Shown here: positions 9,767 to 19,155 of the stretch, piece after piece
How the letters are laid out: each line of letters starts with the position of its first letter
Position numbering within the stretch: the stretch's first letter is position 1
Source of the DNA: a virus
UHGV virus genome: UHGV-1550212
Length of the DNA: 64,000 nucleotides
Direction: 5' to 3' (one strand)
Notes under the pieces: generated by a model
What the model saw: only the letters and a program-made list of their open reading frames with translations
Database searches by the model: none
What the model was told of the DNA's origin: nothing
Program-made: the position numbers and the translations under genes

Positions 9767-12700
9767 TCAATTACATGCTGAATGTCCGCAGTTGGTGCAT
9801 CGAACACAGCCATCAAACTTGACCATGTCACCGCCGCATTCAGGACACTTTGCATACATCTTTGAGCCATCTTGAATATGCAGTTTCAATGCGCGCCCAA
9901 TTGCTTTGCAGAATGTTCCGACAGATGCAAAGCTTTTTGCAGTTTGGTCGACAATTTCGCCAAGGTCAATGCCATTGCGAAGCATCGTTGAGTACAGTCG
10001 AGTAATTGTTTGCTGCTCGTCTGAACCAAGACGTTCTGAGATATTATCATAGTGCTGCAAGAATGACAAATTATCACCAAGCTTGTAGTGCTTCTTATCA
10101 GTCTTTGTGATTGTCGTTTGTTCAATGCCTTGCAACTTGTCGAATTCATCTTTGTCAAGTTCAAATGCAAAGATTTCATAAGGTCGACCGTCATCACAGC
10201 CTACAAGAATACACCACTTGCGCTTATACACTGACACGCAATACACTGCAGCAGGCAATACTGGTTTTCGTTTTGAGCGATGACCAGATTGCAAGATGTG
10301 CGACTTGTCTTTTGACTGCTTGTCATCTTTTACGAGAACACCTGCACGTGAGCCATCTCGATAAATTGTGCAGCCTTTGCAGCCAGATTTCCATGCAGTC
10401 AGATAAATTTCACGAACAAGCTCTTTTGTTGCAGAGTTTGGAATGTTGACCGTTACAGAAATTGACGAGTCAATGTATTTTTGCAATGCACCTTGCAATT
10501 TCACCTTGCCAATCCAGTCAACATCTTCAGTAGTTGCCTTGTAGTATGGTGATTGAATAAGCAATTCATCAATGACTGCTTGCGGAGCATTTGACAACCA
10601 AGCTTTGATGCGAGACATTTCTGCTTCTGACCATTCAATGCCAGTATCTTTGACAAGAGTAAATTTGCCATCGCCAAGCTGCACTCGTTTACAAATCCAC
10701 TGCATCAACGGATAATGAACTACAGCGTATTCAATGAACTTGTCACCAGTAGTCTCATCAATGAAGTTGATGTCGGCCTCATTATCAACTGCAGTTGGCT
10801 TACGACGACGTTTATGTAGTGGCATAAATACGGGCTCAATACCAGACGTTGTCTGAGTCATCAAAGCTGTAGTGCCTGTTGGTGCAATTGTGGTCGTGTT
10901 AATGTTTCGACGGCCAAATTGCTGATAAGTTTTGATGTGCTCATCATCAATCAGTTCAGATAGCATACGCTGGATGAACTTTGATTGCACATCTGTGTCA
11001 TAGTCAAATATTGCAAATGAGCCACGAATCTTTGCCAAGTCAATTGACGCTTCATAAGTCGCCTTTACAAGCCATTGTTGCATAGTGACTGCGAAGTCAA
11101 TTGACTCCTGCGAGCCATAACGCAAGCCAAGCATCGCCATTGCATCGCCAAGCGCAAGGAAGCCCATGCCATATCGACGAGTGTTTGTCAGTTTATCATA
11201 AACTTTGTGCCACAAGTCAAGTTCAGTCTTTTTGATGTCAAAGTCTTCTTTATCTGACCGAACCTTTGCAATGATTCGTTGCACTGCTTCAATTTCAAGC
11301 TGCACAAGGTCATCCATGATGACTGCACAGTCATATGTATCTTTGTAGAATGTCTCAAAGTCAAATGATGCATCAGCAGTCCAAGGATTAAGCACATATG
11401 CAGTCAAATTGCGATGCGACAAAATGCAGCTTGCATATGCAGCGAGAGGCTGTTCACCGCAATTTAGTGTATTGACTACTTGCTTGTCATTGACAGCAAT
11501 AAAGAAATTGTGGAAGTCTTCTACTGTGCCATTGTACACATCTGCTTTGTTCATGTGACGTGTTGCAACGACTTTGACAATTGCATCACCAGTAGTGTCA
11601 ATGTCTGCATATTTGCTGCAGTCACCTAACGCTGCGCAAGCATCACAGCAATATGCTTGTTCACGATTGTCATAAGAAACTTCGAATTCTTTACCACAGC
11701 ACTCGCATTGTTTGATAACTGTGTTTCGTTCTGTTTTTACAAGCTCGTCAGTCTTCAATGCAATTGATAGCTTATCTGCGCTTGGCATATCAATTGCCCA
11801 CAATGAGTCATTTGTTGCAAGGTCAATTGCATTCTTGAAATCGCCATTAGCAAGCCTGAACTCATGATTTGCTGTGCAATTGATGACATGGCCGTCATCA
11901 AGCACAATTTGAATGATTTGCGCATTATGTGCAGTCAATCTGGGTCGACGCATTGTGCGCACAACGAGCTTGCCATTAGAGTCAAGACAATATACTGGAA
12001 TGTCTTCACCACTATCAGCAAGCTCTTTGAATGTCTTCAAACCTGAGCCATCAGCAACAAGTACTTTTGTGTCACCTGTGAAGCATGGATTTGTTGAGCG
12101 CTCTTCATACATTTTGCCATATGCTTTCGAGTTCGACTCTTCCATGATACGGTCCCAGAAGAACACGCCGGGTTCTGCAGATGCCCATACGTTATCAACA
12201 ATTTTGTCAAACAATGCTTTTGCATCTGATGTCTTATGCAGCTCTTGGCCATTAGAGCCACGCCAAACATGCTCAAACTGTTGTTCTGCAAGCACTGCAC
12301 GCATAAATGCATCAGTAAGCTTGATTGAAATGTTTGCGCCTGTGATTTTCGTCAAGTCCTTTTTTGCATCAATGAACTTATCTGCGTCAGGATGCTCAAT
12401 TGACAATGACAACATCAATGCGCCACGCCTGCCATTTTGTGCAACTTCTTTTGTTGATGTTGAAAAACGTTCCATAAATGACACTACACCAGAAGTTGTA
12501 ATAGCACTGTTATGCACTTCTACGTCTTCTGGACGAATGTGCGACAAATCATGACCAACGCCACCACGACGCTTCATCAACTGAACTTGCTCTTCATCTG
12601 TTTTGAAGATGCCGCCATATGAATCTGCGTCATTGCCAATTACATAGCAATTTGACATTGACGTGTAACCGCCAAGACCAATACCAGCCATTGGAGAACC

Positions 12701-12988
12701 ACCAAGCACAAACCGCTTAAAAGGCTCAAGTAAATATGCAAGTCGTTCTTTTGACAATACACGTTTGCCTGTCTGTTCTTCAAATTGTGATTCGATGCGG
12801 TCAAATTCATTGACCCAGCGCTCATGCATATCAGACAATGAGTGTTCATACAAATTGTCTTTGTCATGATGCAAGTATTTTGACATGCATATGTCAGCAG
12901 CCATTGAATCGCCTGTAAATTCATGCGTCAGTGTAGTGTGCACTTCAGCATATTCAGGCGACCCAATTTGAATGGGATGTTTTGTCAT
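9767..12988 (-). CDS. nrdJ: class II (adenosylcobalamin-type) ribonucleotide reductase with intein and C-terminal zinc ribbon
   Basis: active-site motif STNP/CGEQPL interrupted by intein; C-terminal CPECGG...CVRCTNCGHSAC zinc-ribbon tail; ATG at 12988 (track start 13048 is TTG). Confidence 0.75.
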   Translation of the reverse strand: MTKHPIQIGSPEYAEVHTTLTHEFTGDSMAADICMSKYLHHDKDNLYEHSLSDMHERWVNEFDRIESQFEEQTGKRVLSKERLAYLLEPFKRFVLGGSPMAGIGLGGYTSMSNCYVIGNDADSYGGIFKTDEEQVQLMKRRGGVGHDLSHIRPEDVEVHNSAITTSGVVSFMERFSTSTKEVAQNGRRGALMLSLSIEHPDADKFIDAKKDLTKITGANISIKLTDAFMRAVLAEQQFEHVWRGSNGQELHKTSDAKALFDKIVDNVWASAEPGVFFWDRIMEESNSKAYGKMYEERSTNPCFTGDTKVLVADGSGLKTFKELADSGEDIPVYCLDSNGKLVVRTMRRPRLTAHNAQIIQIVLDDGHVINCTANHEFRLANGDFKNAIDLATNDSLWAIDMPSADKLSIALKTDELVKTERNTVIKQCECCGKEFEVSYDNREQAYCCDACAALGDCSKYADIDTTGDAIVKVVATRHMNKADVYNGTVEDFHNFFIAVNDKQVVNTLNCGEQPLAAYASCILSHRNLTAYVLNPWTADASFDFETFYKDTYDCAVIMDDLVQLEIEAVQRIIAKVRSDKEDFDIKKTELDLWHKVYDKLTNTRRYGMGFLALGDAMAMLGLRYGSQESIDFAVTMQQWLVKATYEASIDLAKIRGSFAIFDYDTDVQSKFIQRMLSELIDDEHIKTYQQFGRRNINTTTIAPTGTTALMTQTTSGIEPVFMPLHKRRRKPTAVDNEADINFIDETTGDKFIEYAVVHYPLMQWICKRVQLGDGKFTLVKDTGIEWSEAEMSRIKAWLSNAPQAVIDELLIQSPYYKATTEDVDWIGKVKLQGALQKYIDSSISVTVNIPNSATKELVREIYLTAWKSGCKGCTIYRDGSRAGVLVKDDKQSKDKSHILQSGHRSKRKPVLPAAVYCVSVYKRKWCILVGCDDGRPYEIFAFELDKDEFDKLQGIEQTTITKTDKKHYKLGDNLSFLQHYDNISERLGSDEQQTITRLYSTMLRNGIDLGEIVDQTAKSFASVGTFCKAIGRALKLHIQDGSKMYAKCPECGGDMVKFDGCVRCTNCGHSACN
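11462..12085 (-). mobile_element. intein (~208 aa) inside nrdJ at the NPC|GE active-site motif
   Basis: begins CFTGDTKVLV (block A), TANHEF (block B), VYNGTVEDFHNFFIAVND (block F), ends ...NTLN followed by Cys+1; Cys-rich CECCGK...CCDAC insert instead of a LAGLIDADG domain. Confidence 0.65.
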
Positions 12989-13030
12989 TGTAACAGTGCA
13001 TTTAAGTGTTTTAACTGTTTTATGTATAAA

Positions 13031-13038
13031 TTGTACAA
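13031..13038 (-). promoter_or_regulatory. TTGTACAA promoter-associated motif upstream of nrdJ
   Basis: about 45 nt upstream of ATG 12988, followed by TTTATACAT. Confidence 0.4.
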
Positions 13039-13058
13039 CAATGGGCAAAATTTTGCAT

Positions 13059-13104
13059 CAACTCAAAACAGCCAAGCAATTCATTGCTTGGCTGTTTTGA
13101 GTTG
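13059..13104. terminator. 46-bp perfect palindrome (22-bp arms, 2-nt spacer), likely terminator
   Basis: caactcaaaacagccaagcaat tc attgcttggctgttttgagttg. Confidence 0.5.
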
Positions 13105-13115
13105 ATGCGCACCTG

Positions 13116-13274
13116 CTATTTTACTTGAACAGCTTCTGCAAGAATGAAACTGCAATCTACTACATCATCTTCTTCGCATTTAGAATTGAAGTACTGCTGA
13201 GCATCCTTGGCATTGTCAAATGCTTCATACCATCGATGGTCAATGTAGTCTACTAATACAAGATAGTGTTTCAT
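13116..13274 (-). CDS. small hypothetical protein (52 aa, MKHYLVLVDYIDHRWYEAFDN...)
   Basis: ATG at 13274, TAG at 13116..13118; below ORF-track size cutoff; fills the gap between flanking genes. Confidence 0.3.
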   Translation of the reverse strand: MKHYLVLVDYIDHRWYEAFDNAKDAQQYFNSKCEEDDVVDCSFILAEAVQVK

Positions 13275-13296
13275 AGTTAGTTGCAGTTAGTTGTAG

Positions 13297-13752
13297 TTAT
13301 TGTGCTTTACCAGTGTAATAAGTGATTGCATCAATGTAAGGCTGTTCTTTAGACATTAGCCAATCAATGCCAAATACTGTATCTTGACGAAATCTTCGTT
13401 GTGCAATCATTTGAACTTCGATTGGCATATCTACGTCCTTGCCAAATCTGATTGTATTTGCAAGTTCTGTGATTGCATATCTGAGAATTGTGTCAGTACT
13501 CATTGTTAATGTGCTTTCCGGCAATTGCCAGTAACGTTCTTGGAATGCTCGATTTGCTGAGTAAGTCCAAAGTTCAAGTCTTGCATTTCTGCAATCATAT
13601 GAAACAATCAGACTTAATCCTTTTGTCCAGCAATGTGCTATCTTAATGATAGGGTTGTTGTCATTGATTGATGACATTGCTTGCAATCTTTCGAAATCTT
13701 TAACATATCTGTTATCATTCGAAAGCTGTTCCATTATTTCACCGTAAGTCAT
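13297..13752 (-). CDS. hypothetical protein (151 aa)
   Basis: ORF track; ATG preceded by conserved leader aacctctactaca shared with genes starting at 20558 and 62168. Confidence 0.5.
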   Translation of the reverse strand: MTYGEIMEQLSNDNRYVKDFERLQAMSSINDNNPIIKIAHCWTKGLSLIVSYDCRNARLELWTYSANRAFQERYWQLPESTLTMSTDTILRYAITELANTIRFGKDVDMPIEVQMIAQRRFRQDTVFGIDWLMSKEQPYIDAITYYTGKAQ

Positions 13753-13941
13753 TGTAGTAGAGGTTAAAATATATTAATATATAATAATTATACTACAAAG
13801 TTGTCAGATTTGCACCAGAATGTATAACAAGTTTGCATAAAAGTTTTACATAAAATGCAAACAAAACAAGCAGACTGCAATTGCAGCCTGCTTGCGCCAA
13901 AACAGAAAAAGATGATAACTTACTAACCCAAAAACCTAACT

Positions 13942-15483
13942 TTATCTACTTGCAGAATCCCGCATTGAAGTCATGACTTGCTCTTGAATTGTTATAGGCA
14001 TGATGTTGAAGTCTGACAATTCAGCAATGTCATCAACGTCAAGAGCTCTCAATGTATCTGTGGTGCAACAAGTCACAATGATTGACTTGCGAACAAACTC
14101 ATCTGCGACATTCCACAATAGTTGACAAATTGCTCGATTGTCAAGACAAATTTCATTAACTGTACGAACAAGACTGTACCATGCAGTCACATTGTTGCGT
14201 TTCAGAGTTTCAAGCATATATCGTGCAAGCCCAAAACCTGCTACATATAACCCAGTCTGTTTGTTGAATGACTCGATTGCGTATGCATCAAACAATGCTT
14301 CTGTCATCAAGGGCATTGCTGCAGTCATTCTGTAGTATCGATAGTCAACGCAGACAATTAGCCAGTTAACATATGAATTGACTGCATATGCATATGCCTT
14401 GAAGCCAAGGTCATTCAAGATTTTGCAAACAGCATTGTAAGTCGATTCATCAGCATTGCCAAAGTTTGCAAGCAACTTAACTTTCAGAATGTCTTCACCA
14501 ATTGCATTTCTTGTAGCAGTGAATGATGGCATACATGCAAAGCTTCTTTTGCAGATGTCTGTGATAAGTTGCTGTGCATCATTTACAAGTTGTCTTGCAG
14601 CCTCAGCACGTTTTTCAGACTGTGCTTGATATTTTGGTCGCAACTGTGATGAGCCAGTCGCAGCACCATATCGCATAGCAGCTTGCCAGTCCTTGAGATT
14701 ATTTTGCAATTCACGAACATAGTCTGCAGCAACCATTGCAGATGGAGTTCTTTGTTGCTCGATTAGTTTGTTGATGTTTGCAAGCACATCTGATGCAAAC
14801 ATATCTTTTGGCTTGACTCTTGCAATTTCAGCAAGCACTGCCGGTACACGAGCAATACCGCGAGGTTCATTTGAAACTACTACTGCATAGTCTACAAGTG
14901 CCTCACATACAAGCTGCTCATCAACAAAGTACTCAGGATTCTGCACAGCATCTTCAACAACTGCAATCAATGTTGCTCTACGATTGTCATCAGGTTTGTT
15001 GCCAAACAGCTCAATGTACAGCATGTCTGCTTGCTGGTCTGTCATTGAACCTGCGATGTCAATTGACTTTGCAAGTTTGTTAAGCAGTTCAGCTTGCTTA
15101 CTTGACAATCTGACTTTGTATGACGACTCTACGGCTTCTTTGACTGCTTTGAGTTTTCTATCAATGTCAAGGCTGCTTTCATTGACATTCATGCCGACAA
15201 TACTTGCAGCTTCAGTGTTAAATTGCTCAACAGTTTCTGCTGCAGTTATTGGCACTGACACAATAGATTGTTTTGCATTTGCTGCAAGCTGATTGAGTCG
15301 ATTGACTGCTTCAGAATCTTGCACAACTGCAAGATATCTTACGCACAGCTCATCAATCTGTGAAAGATAACTTTGGGTCATGTTTATCGAAAAAATGTTG
15401 TTTCTTGACGAATAGCTGTTGGATGCAATTTGCGGAAACACTTCGACATTTCTAAGTTCTGATGATGACAACAATGTTTCCAT
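13942..15483 (-). CDS. hypothetical protein (513 aa), possible virion protein
   Basis: ORF track; contains GMNVNE-SS motif. Confidence 0.45.
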   Translation of the reverse strand: METLLSSSELRNVEVFPQIASNSYSSRNNIFSINMTQSYLSQIDELCVRYLAVVQDSEAVNRLNQLAANAKQSIVSVPITAAETVEQFNTEAASIVGMNVNESSLDIDRKLKAVKEAVESSYKVRLSSKQAELLNKLAKSIDIAGSMTDQQADMLYIELFGNKPDDNRRATLIAVVEDAVQNPEYFVDEQLVCEALVDYAVVVSNEPRGIARVPAVLAEIARVKPKDMFASDVLANINKLIEQQRTPSAMVAADYVRELQNNLKDWQAAMRYGAATGSSQLRPKYQAQSEKRAEAARQLVNDAQQLITDICKRSFACMPSFTATRNAIGEDILKVKLLANFGNADESTYNAVCKILNDLGFKAYAYAVNSYVNWLIVCVDYRYYRMTAAMPLMTEALFDAYAIESFNKQTGLYVAGFGLARYMLETLKRNNVTAWYSLVRTVNEICLDNRAICQLLWNVADEFVRKSIIVTCCTTDTLRALDVDDIAELSDFNIMPITIQEQVMTSMRDSASR

Positions 15484-15495
15484 GTGATATGTATT

Positions 15496-16044
15496 TTAGC
15501 CTGCAAACTCATTGATTTTTAGGTCATTTGTCGTAACTGCAAAGCAATCAATGTGCAGCCATGTGACGTCTTTTTCTATACGACAACGATGCGGCAATTC
15601 ATCTGCATGCTCTTTAATGAGCTTTCGCATTTCTGCAGCAGTCATATCTGCAGACTGACAATCAATTGCTGCGCCATTACAATGAGCACTCAAATAAAGC
15701 TTGTTTGCAAGCGTTTTGTCTTTTGGAATTTGACAAATATTGCATCGTAAGCCACGTTGACTCATTGCGCCGCCTTTAGCCCAATTATTGACACATAACG
15801 GCACTTTCAGCACAAATTTGCGTAATGCAAGCAGCAAATCAAGCAGTTCTCTGTCAAGAAACTGCCAAGAATTATCGCCAAACTTGTCATAGCAGTGTTT
15901 GCATACAAGTTCTTTTATGCTGAAATATTGCTTAAGCTCTGCAATAACAGAGTCTCTTGAAGCACTTGCAATATCTGCAATGTTAGTTATGCTGTTGTTG
16001 CTGTTGTTCATGTTGTCTGTCAAGTTCTTTGCATTTGCACTCAT
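15496..16044 (-). CDS. peptidase M15-family endolysin (L-alanyl-D-glutamate / D-Ala-D-Ala peptidase-like)
   Basis: zinc-binding signature LSAHCNGAAIDC (SxHxxGxAxD) and WLHID; likely start at in-frame ATG 16044 or 16011. Confidence 0.6.
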   Translation of the reverse strand: MSANAKNLTDNMNNSNNSITNIADIASASRDSVIAELKQYFSIKELVCKHCYDKFGDNSWQFLDRELLDLLLALRKFVLKVPLCVNNWAKGGAMSQRGLRCNICQIPKDKTLANKLYLSAHCNGAAIDCQSADMTAAEMRKLIKEHADELPHRCRIEKDVTWLHIDCFAVTTNDLKINEFAG

Positions 16045-16294
16045 TTCGTTCACCCATGACTTTTGTAATACCTGCAGTTGCAAACATGCCTGCGACTGCG
16101 CCAATTATGCCTGCAACTGCGCCAAGTTGTTCAGTTGTTTTGCCAGTTGCTACGACTTCCCATATGATTGCAAAACAAACAACGAGTAATATAAAGATGC
16201 CTATAAAAGTCACAGCTACGACAAAAAATGATTTGACTGACACACCAGTGTCATTCGTCACTAAGTTGCGCATTGTAAATTTGTTGTTATTCAT
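15983..16294 (-). CDS. holin-like small membrane protein (103 aa)
   Basis: two hydrophobic helices (FFVVAVTFIGIFILLVVCFAII; LGAVAGIIGAVAGMFATAGI) and charged C-terminus; overlaps start of the M15 peptidase gene. Confidence 0.4.
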   Translation of the reverse strand: MNNNKFTMRNLVTNDTGVSVKSFFVVAVTFIGIFILLVVCFAIIWEVVATGKTTEQLGAVAGIIGAVAGMFATAGITKVMGERNECKCKELDRQHEQQQQQHN

Positions 16295-16398
16295 AGGGAT
16301 GGCGAACTGTACACATTGTGCATATTGTACACACTATATATTGTATGTGTTTGTATATGTATTTTAACAGGCATTAGCAAACAATACAAAAACAACAA

Positions 16399-16436
16399 AT
16401 GAAAGTGGCCCAGATGTATATCTGAGCCACTTTCAT
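16399..16436 (-). terminator. terminator hairpin
   Basis: 16-bp stem with one mismatch (atgaaagtggcccaga / tctgagccactttcat), T-rich 3' flank on minus strand. Confidence 0.45.
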
Positions 16437-16455
16437 TTATCGTATAGTCTGTTTA

Positions 16456-18111
16456 TTATGCAAGTAGTGTTTGCAGCATATAGCAGCCTTTTGCATATGC
16501 AACAATTGCTTTTGCAGGATTGTTCTTGATGTATGCAGGTAACTTGAGCCAAATCAATGACACAAGTACTTTCTGTCGCAGCGTCAAATCAAGTTCATCG
16601 ATATTGTAGCCAATGACTTTTGCTCTGACATCGCCATCAACATAATCGAATTGCTGATATGCTGACTGATTGAATGCATCATAGCCAGACAAGCCATACG
16701 CAAACTTTGCAATGTCATAATCGATGTCACCTGTCATCTTAACGTCACCAAAGTAGCCTCTTGGGTCAATGAACATGCATTTTGATGAATCTGCACTGAA
16801 CATCGTATTTGACGTATTCGGGTCACCATGAATGAATGACCAATTTTCGCATGCATAGTCAATTGAATCTTCTTGCGACAAGAAGAGTCTTAACTTGCTC
16901 ATCAGTTCATCGAATGGCATCAATGCAATGCCATTGAATGATTTGATGCCTGCTACAAGTGACTTGACTTCAGCATATCTTGCAATAGTAGTCTCAATGT
17001 ACTCTTTGCGCATTGCGTCAATCATTTGTTGTCTGCTAACGGGCCAAATCTCGTCATTGTCAAGATTGCTTGCATGCAATTCATTGATTGACTGCTTGAA
17101 TGTCGTCATGCAGCCGCGCGCAATTGCAGCATATCTACGCTCAATATCAACTTTATTGAGGAACTGATGCACAGTCACTCCGTTAATTTTCGACATTTTG
17201 ATGAAGTCTTCACCAGTTTCAAATATCGATGGAATGACTGTTGATTCTGCATTCATCGCATGACGATACCACTCTTGCTCTTTCTGAATGAGTGCCAAGC
17301 CTCGAGCATTTGTAGCAGATTTTGTAACAATATCGCCATCAATGCTAATGCTATTGAAATATCGCACTTCATTGTCACGTGCAGTCTTGACTGCTTCACT
17401 GACAAATACACCACGTTCACCATATGAATGACAACCAGCAATTTCATATCTGTCTACAAATGTAACGTTGGTCATCAAATCAGCAAAATCAGCATTGCTA
17501 TCATTGTGCTGCATATCAATGACATTGTTATGAAATGCTGCAGGTACATAGTATGCACCGACAATGCCACTATGATATGTTGACTCACATATGTGGTCAA
17601 GCATATATGATTCTGCATCTGCATATGAACCTACTTTGTTGTACACTTCTGCAGGAATAAGATGAAGTCTGCAATCAATATCATTTGACGTGCAGCAAGT
17701 TATGCAGCCAGTTTTGAATTTGTCAAGTGGCAATTCAATATCGCCAAGCCACACATCAGACCAATGATAGAATACATTGCATTCACCAATGTTGTTAGCA
17801 ATAAACATTGCTACATCTGCGCATGCTTTTGCTGAGCCATCAGCTTTGTCATGCACAATAGTTGACAATTTGATATCTGGCGCAAATGCTGCAGCATGTT
17901 CATGAATCATTGCTGCATGAGTGTCATTTGCACATGCAACAATGAATTCATCAAACTGTTGAGCATAGGATGTCAAAATCTTTGCGAGCACTGTTTGTTT
18001 GCCTGCATTTACAAGCGTTTTTGGAATGTAGTTATTACCAGTCATTGTTGACATGCGAGTGCCCAAACCACATGCAATGATTGCTAACACATTTGGATAT
18101 TGATGAGACAT
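16456..18111 (-). CDS. bifunctional sugar-phosphate nucleotidyltransferase / APH-ChoK-fold kinase
   Basis: N-terminal GLGTRM nucleotidyltransferase motif (LAIIACGLGTRMSTM); C-terminal kinase motifs FIHGDPNTSN and MFIDPRG...DIDYDIAKF; ATG at 18111. Confidence 0.7.
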   Translation of the reverse strand: MSHQYPNVLAIIACGLGTRMSTMTGNNYIPKTLVNAGKQTVLAKILTSYAQQFDEFIVACANDTHAAMIHEHAAAFAPDIKLSTIVHDKADGSAKACADVAMFIANNIGECNVFYHWSDVWLGDIELPLDKFKTGCITCCTSNDIDCRLHLIPAEVYNKVGSYADAESYMLDHICESTYHSGIVGAYYVPAAFHNNVIDMQHNDSNADFADLMTNVTFVDRYEIAGCHSYGERGVFVSEAVKTARDNEVRYFNSISIDGDIVTKSATNARGLALIQKEQEWYRHAMNAESTVIPSIFETGEDFIKMSKINGVTVHQFLNKVDIERRYAAIARGCMTTFKQSINELHASNLDNDEIWPVSRQQMIDAMRKEYIETTIARYAEVKSLVAGIKSFNGIALMPFDELMSKLRLFLSQEDSIDYACENWSFIHGDPNTSNTMFSADSSKCMFIDPRGYFGDVKMTGDIDYDIAKFAYGLSGYDAFNQSAYQQFDYVDGDVRAKVIGYNIDELDLTLRQKVLVSLIWLKLPAYIKNNPAKAIVAYAKGCYMLQTLLA

Positions 18112-18137
18112 TGTGTAGTGTTGCTTATATGAAAATA

Positions 18138-18145
18138 TTGTACAA
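18138..18145 (-). promoter_or_regulatory. TTGTACAA promoter-associated motif upstream of nucleotidyltransferase-kinase gene
   Basis: lies in a ~40-nt block nearly identical to 25369..25408. Confidence 0.4.
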
Positions 18146-18182
18146 CATGCATTGCAAATTTGCAATGATACAACATGCATTG

Positions 18183-18440
18183 CTATTTTGCAAGATGACA
18201 ATGCTTACGCCATACTGCAATTTCAACATCTGTAGCAAAATCAAAGTGCAAGCCATGCAATTGTTTCATGTCATATTGACGTCTTGCAATATACTTGTTG
18301 CCAACTCGCTCAACAACAGAACCAACTTCTACTACATTTTTAGAATGTCGTGGCTCATGTAATGGCACTCTGAATATGTATCTGCCATCTAATGTTGACA
18401 TTATATCACCATTGTCAATTATGCCTGTTTGCCTGCTCAT
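18183..18440 (-). CDS. hypothetical protein (85 aa)
   Basis: ORF track. Confidence 0.4.
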   Translation of the reverse strand: MSRQTGIIDNGDIMSTLDGRYIFRVPLHEPRHSKNVVEVGSVVERVGNKYIARRQYDMKQLHGLHFDFATDVEIAVWRKHCHLAK

Positions 18441-18455
18441 TGTTAAAGCATCAAG

Positions 18456-19130
18456 TTATTTTTGAATGTCTGCAAGTTCTGCTGCAATTCTATTGTATGC
18501 TAATATGTGCTTAATTGCGTCATCAAGCAGCTTGTTAAATTCAAGATACTGCTGCAGCACTTTGTCATTCTGCAATGACTGCTCAAGCGCAGCATAATCA
18601 CCTGCAAACGGGCGATTCATTGACAGACCAAAGTTCTTCGCGCATTTAGCATAAAAAGCATTGTACTCTGCAGCATCAATCGGTGTCGCGTCATGAGCAT
18701 TAAGCGCACTTTCACTGAGCAATGGGATTGTAAGTTTTCTGCAACGAGTAAACTCATCTTTGTCGACATACAGCACAGAACAACGAACGACATGGTCTTC
18801 TGCATTCATGCCGCCAGTCAACAAATCCATGTCCCAATCGAAGCAAATGTTGTAGATGTACAGCATCACAGTTCGATGTTTTTTGTAGACAAATTTCCAG
18901 TATCGAGACTTCTTGCATATATCTTTGATATGCTGCAAGTCATGCATAAATTTGTCATACGATATCGCATCAAAGCGAGGCAATGATTTGTTGTCAATGA
19001 ATGCGTTTGCTGCATCTGCACAACGTTTGAATTCTGCTTGATGCATATTTAGCTCTTCTGTGCGCTTTGCTACAAGTGCTTCATATTCTGCTTTTGCAAG
19101 TTCAAGTCTTGCTTCATACAAACTTTGCAT
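18456..19130 (-). CDS. hypothetical protein (224 aa)
   Basis: ORF track; N-terminal coiled-coil-like segment. Confidence 0.45.
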   Translation of the reverse strand: MQSLYEARLELAKAEYEALVAKRTEELNMHQAEFKRCADAANAFIDNKSLPRFDAISYDKFMHDLQHIKDICKKSRYWKFVYKKHRTVMLYIYNICFDWDMDLLTGGMNAEDHVVRCSVLYVDKDEFTRCRKLTIPLLSESALNAHDATPIDAAEYNAFYAKCAKNFGLSMNRPFAGDYAALEQSLQNDKVLQQYLEFNKLLDDAIKHILAYNRIAAELADIQK

Positions 19131-19155
19131 ATTTGTGTACGTTTATGAGTTTCTG

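Noticed and set aside
11462-11508. Alternative intein C-terminus at the internal His-Asn (DFHN) 15 residues upstream
   Set aside because: The residue after that HN is Phe, which cannot act as the +1 nucleophile; the Asn immediately before CGEQPL restores the conserved NPCGE extein motif
11913-12554. 213-aa plus-strand ORF inside the nrdJ/intein region
   Set aside because: Antisense shadow ORF of a well-supported minus-strand gene; low-complexity Ser-rich translation
16456-18111. Specific assignment as choline kinase/phosphocholine cytidylyltransferase (LicA/LicC-like) or MurNAc kinase/uridylyltransferase
   Set aside because: Motifs define only the folds (nucleotidyltransferase + APH/ChoK kinase); substrate cannot be inferred from sequence inspection alone
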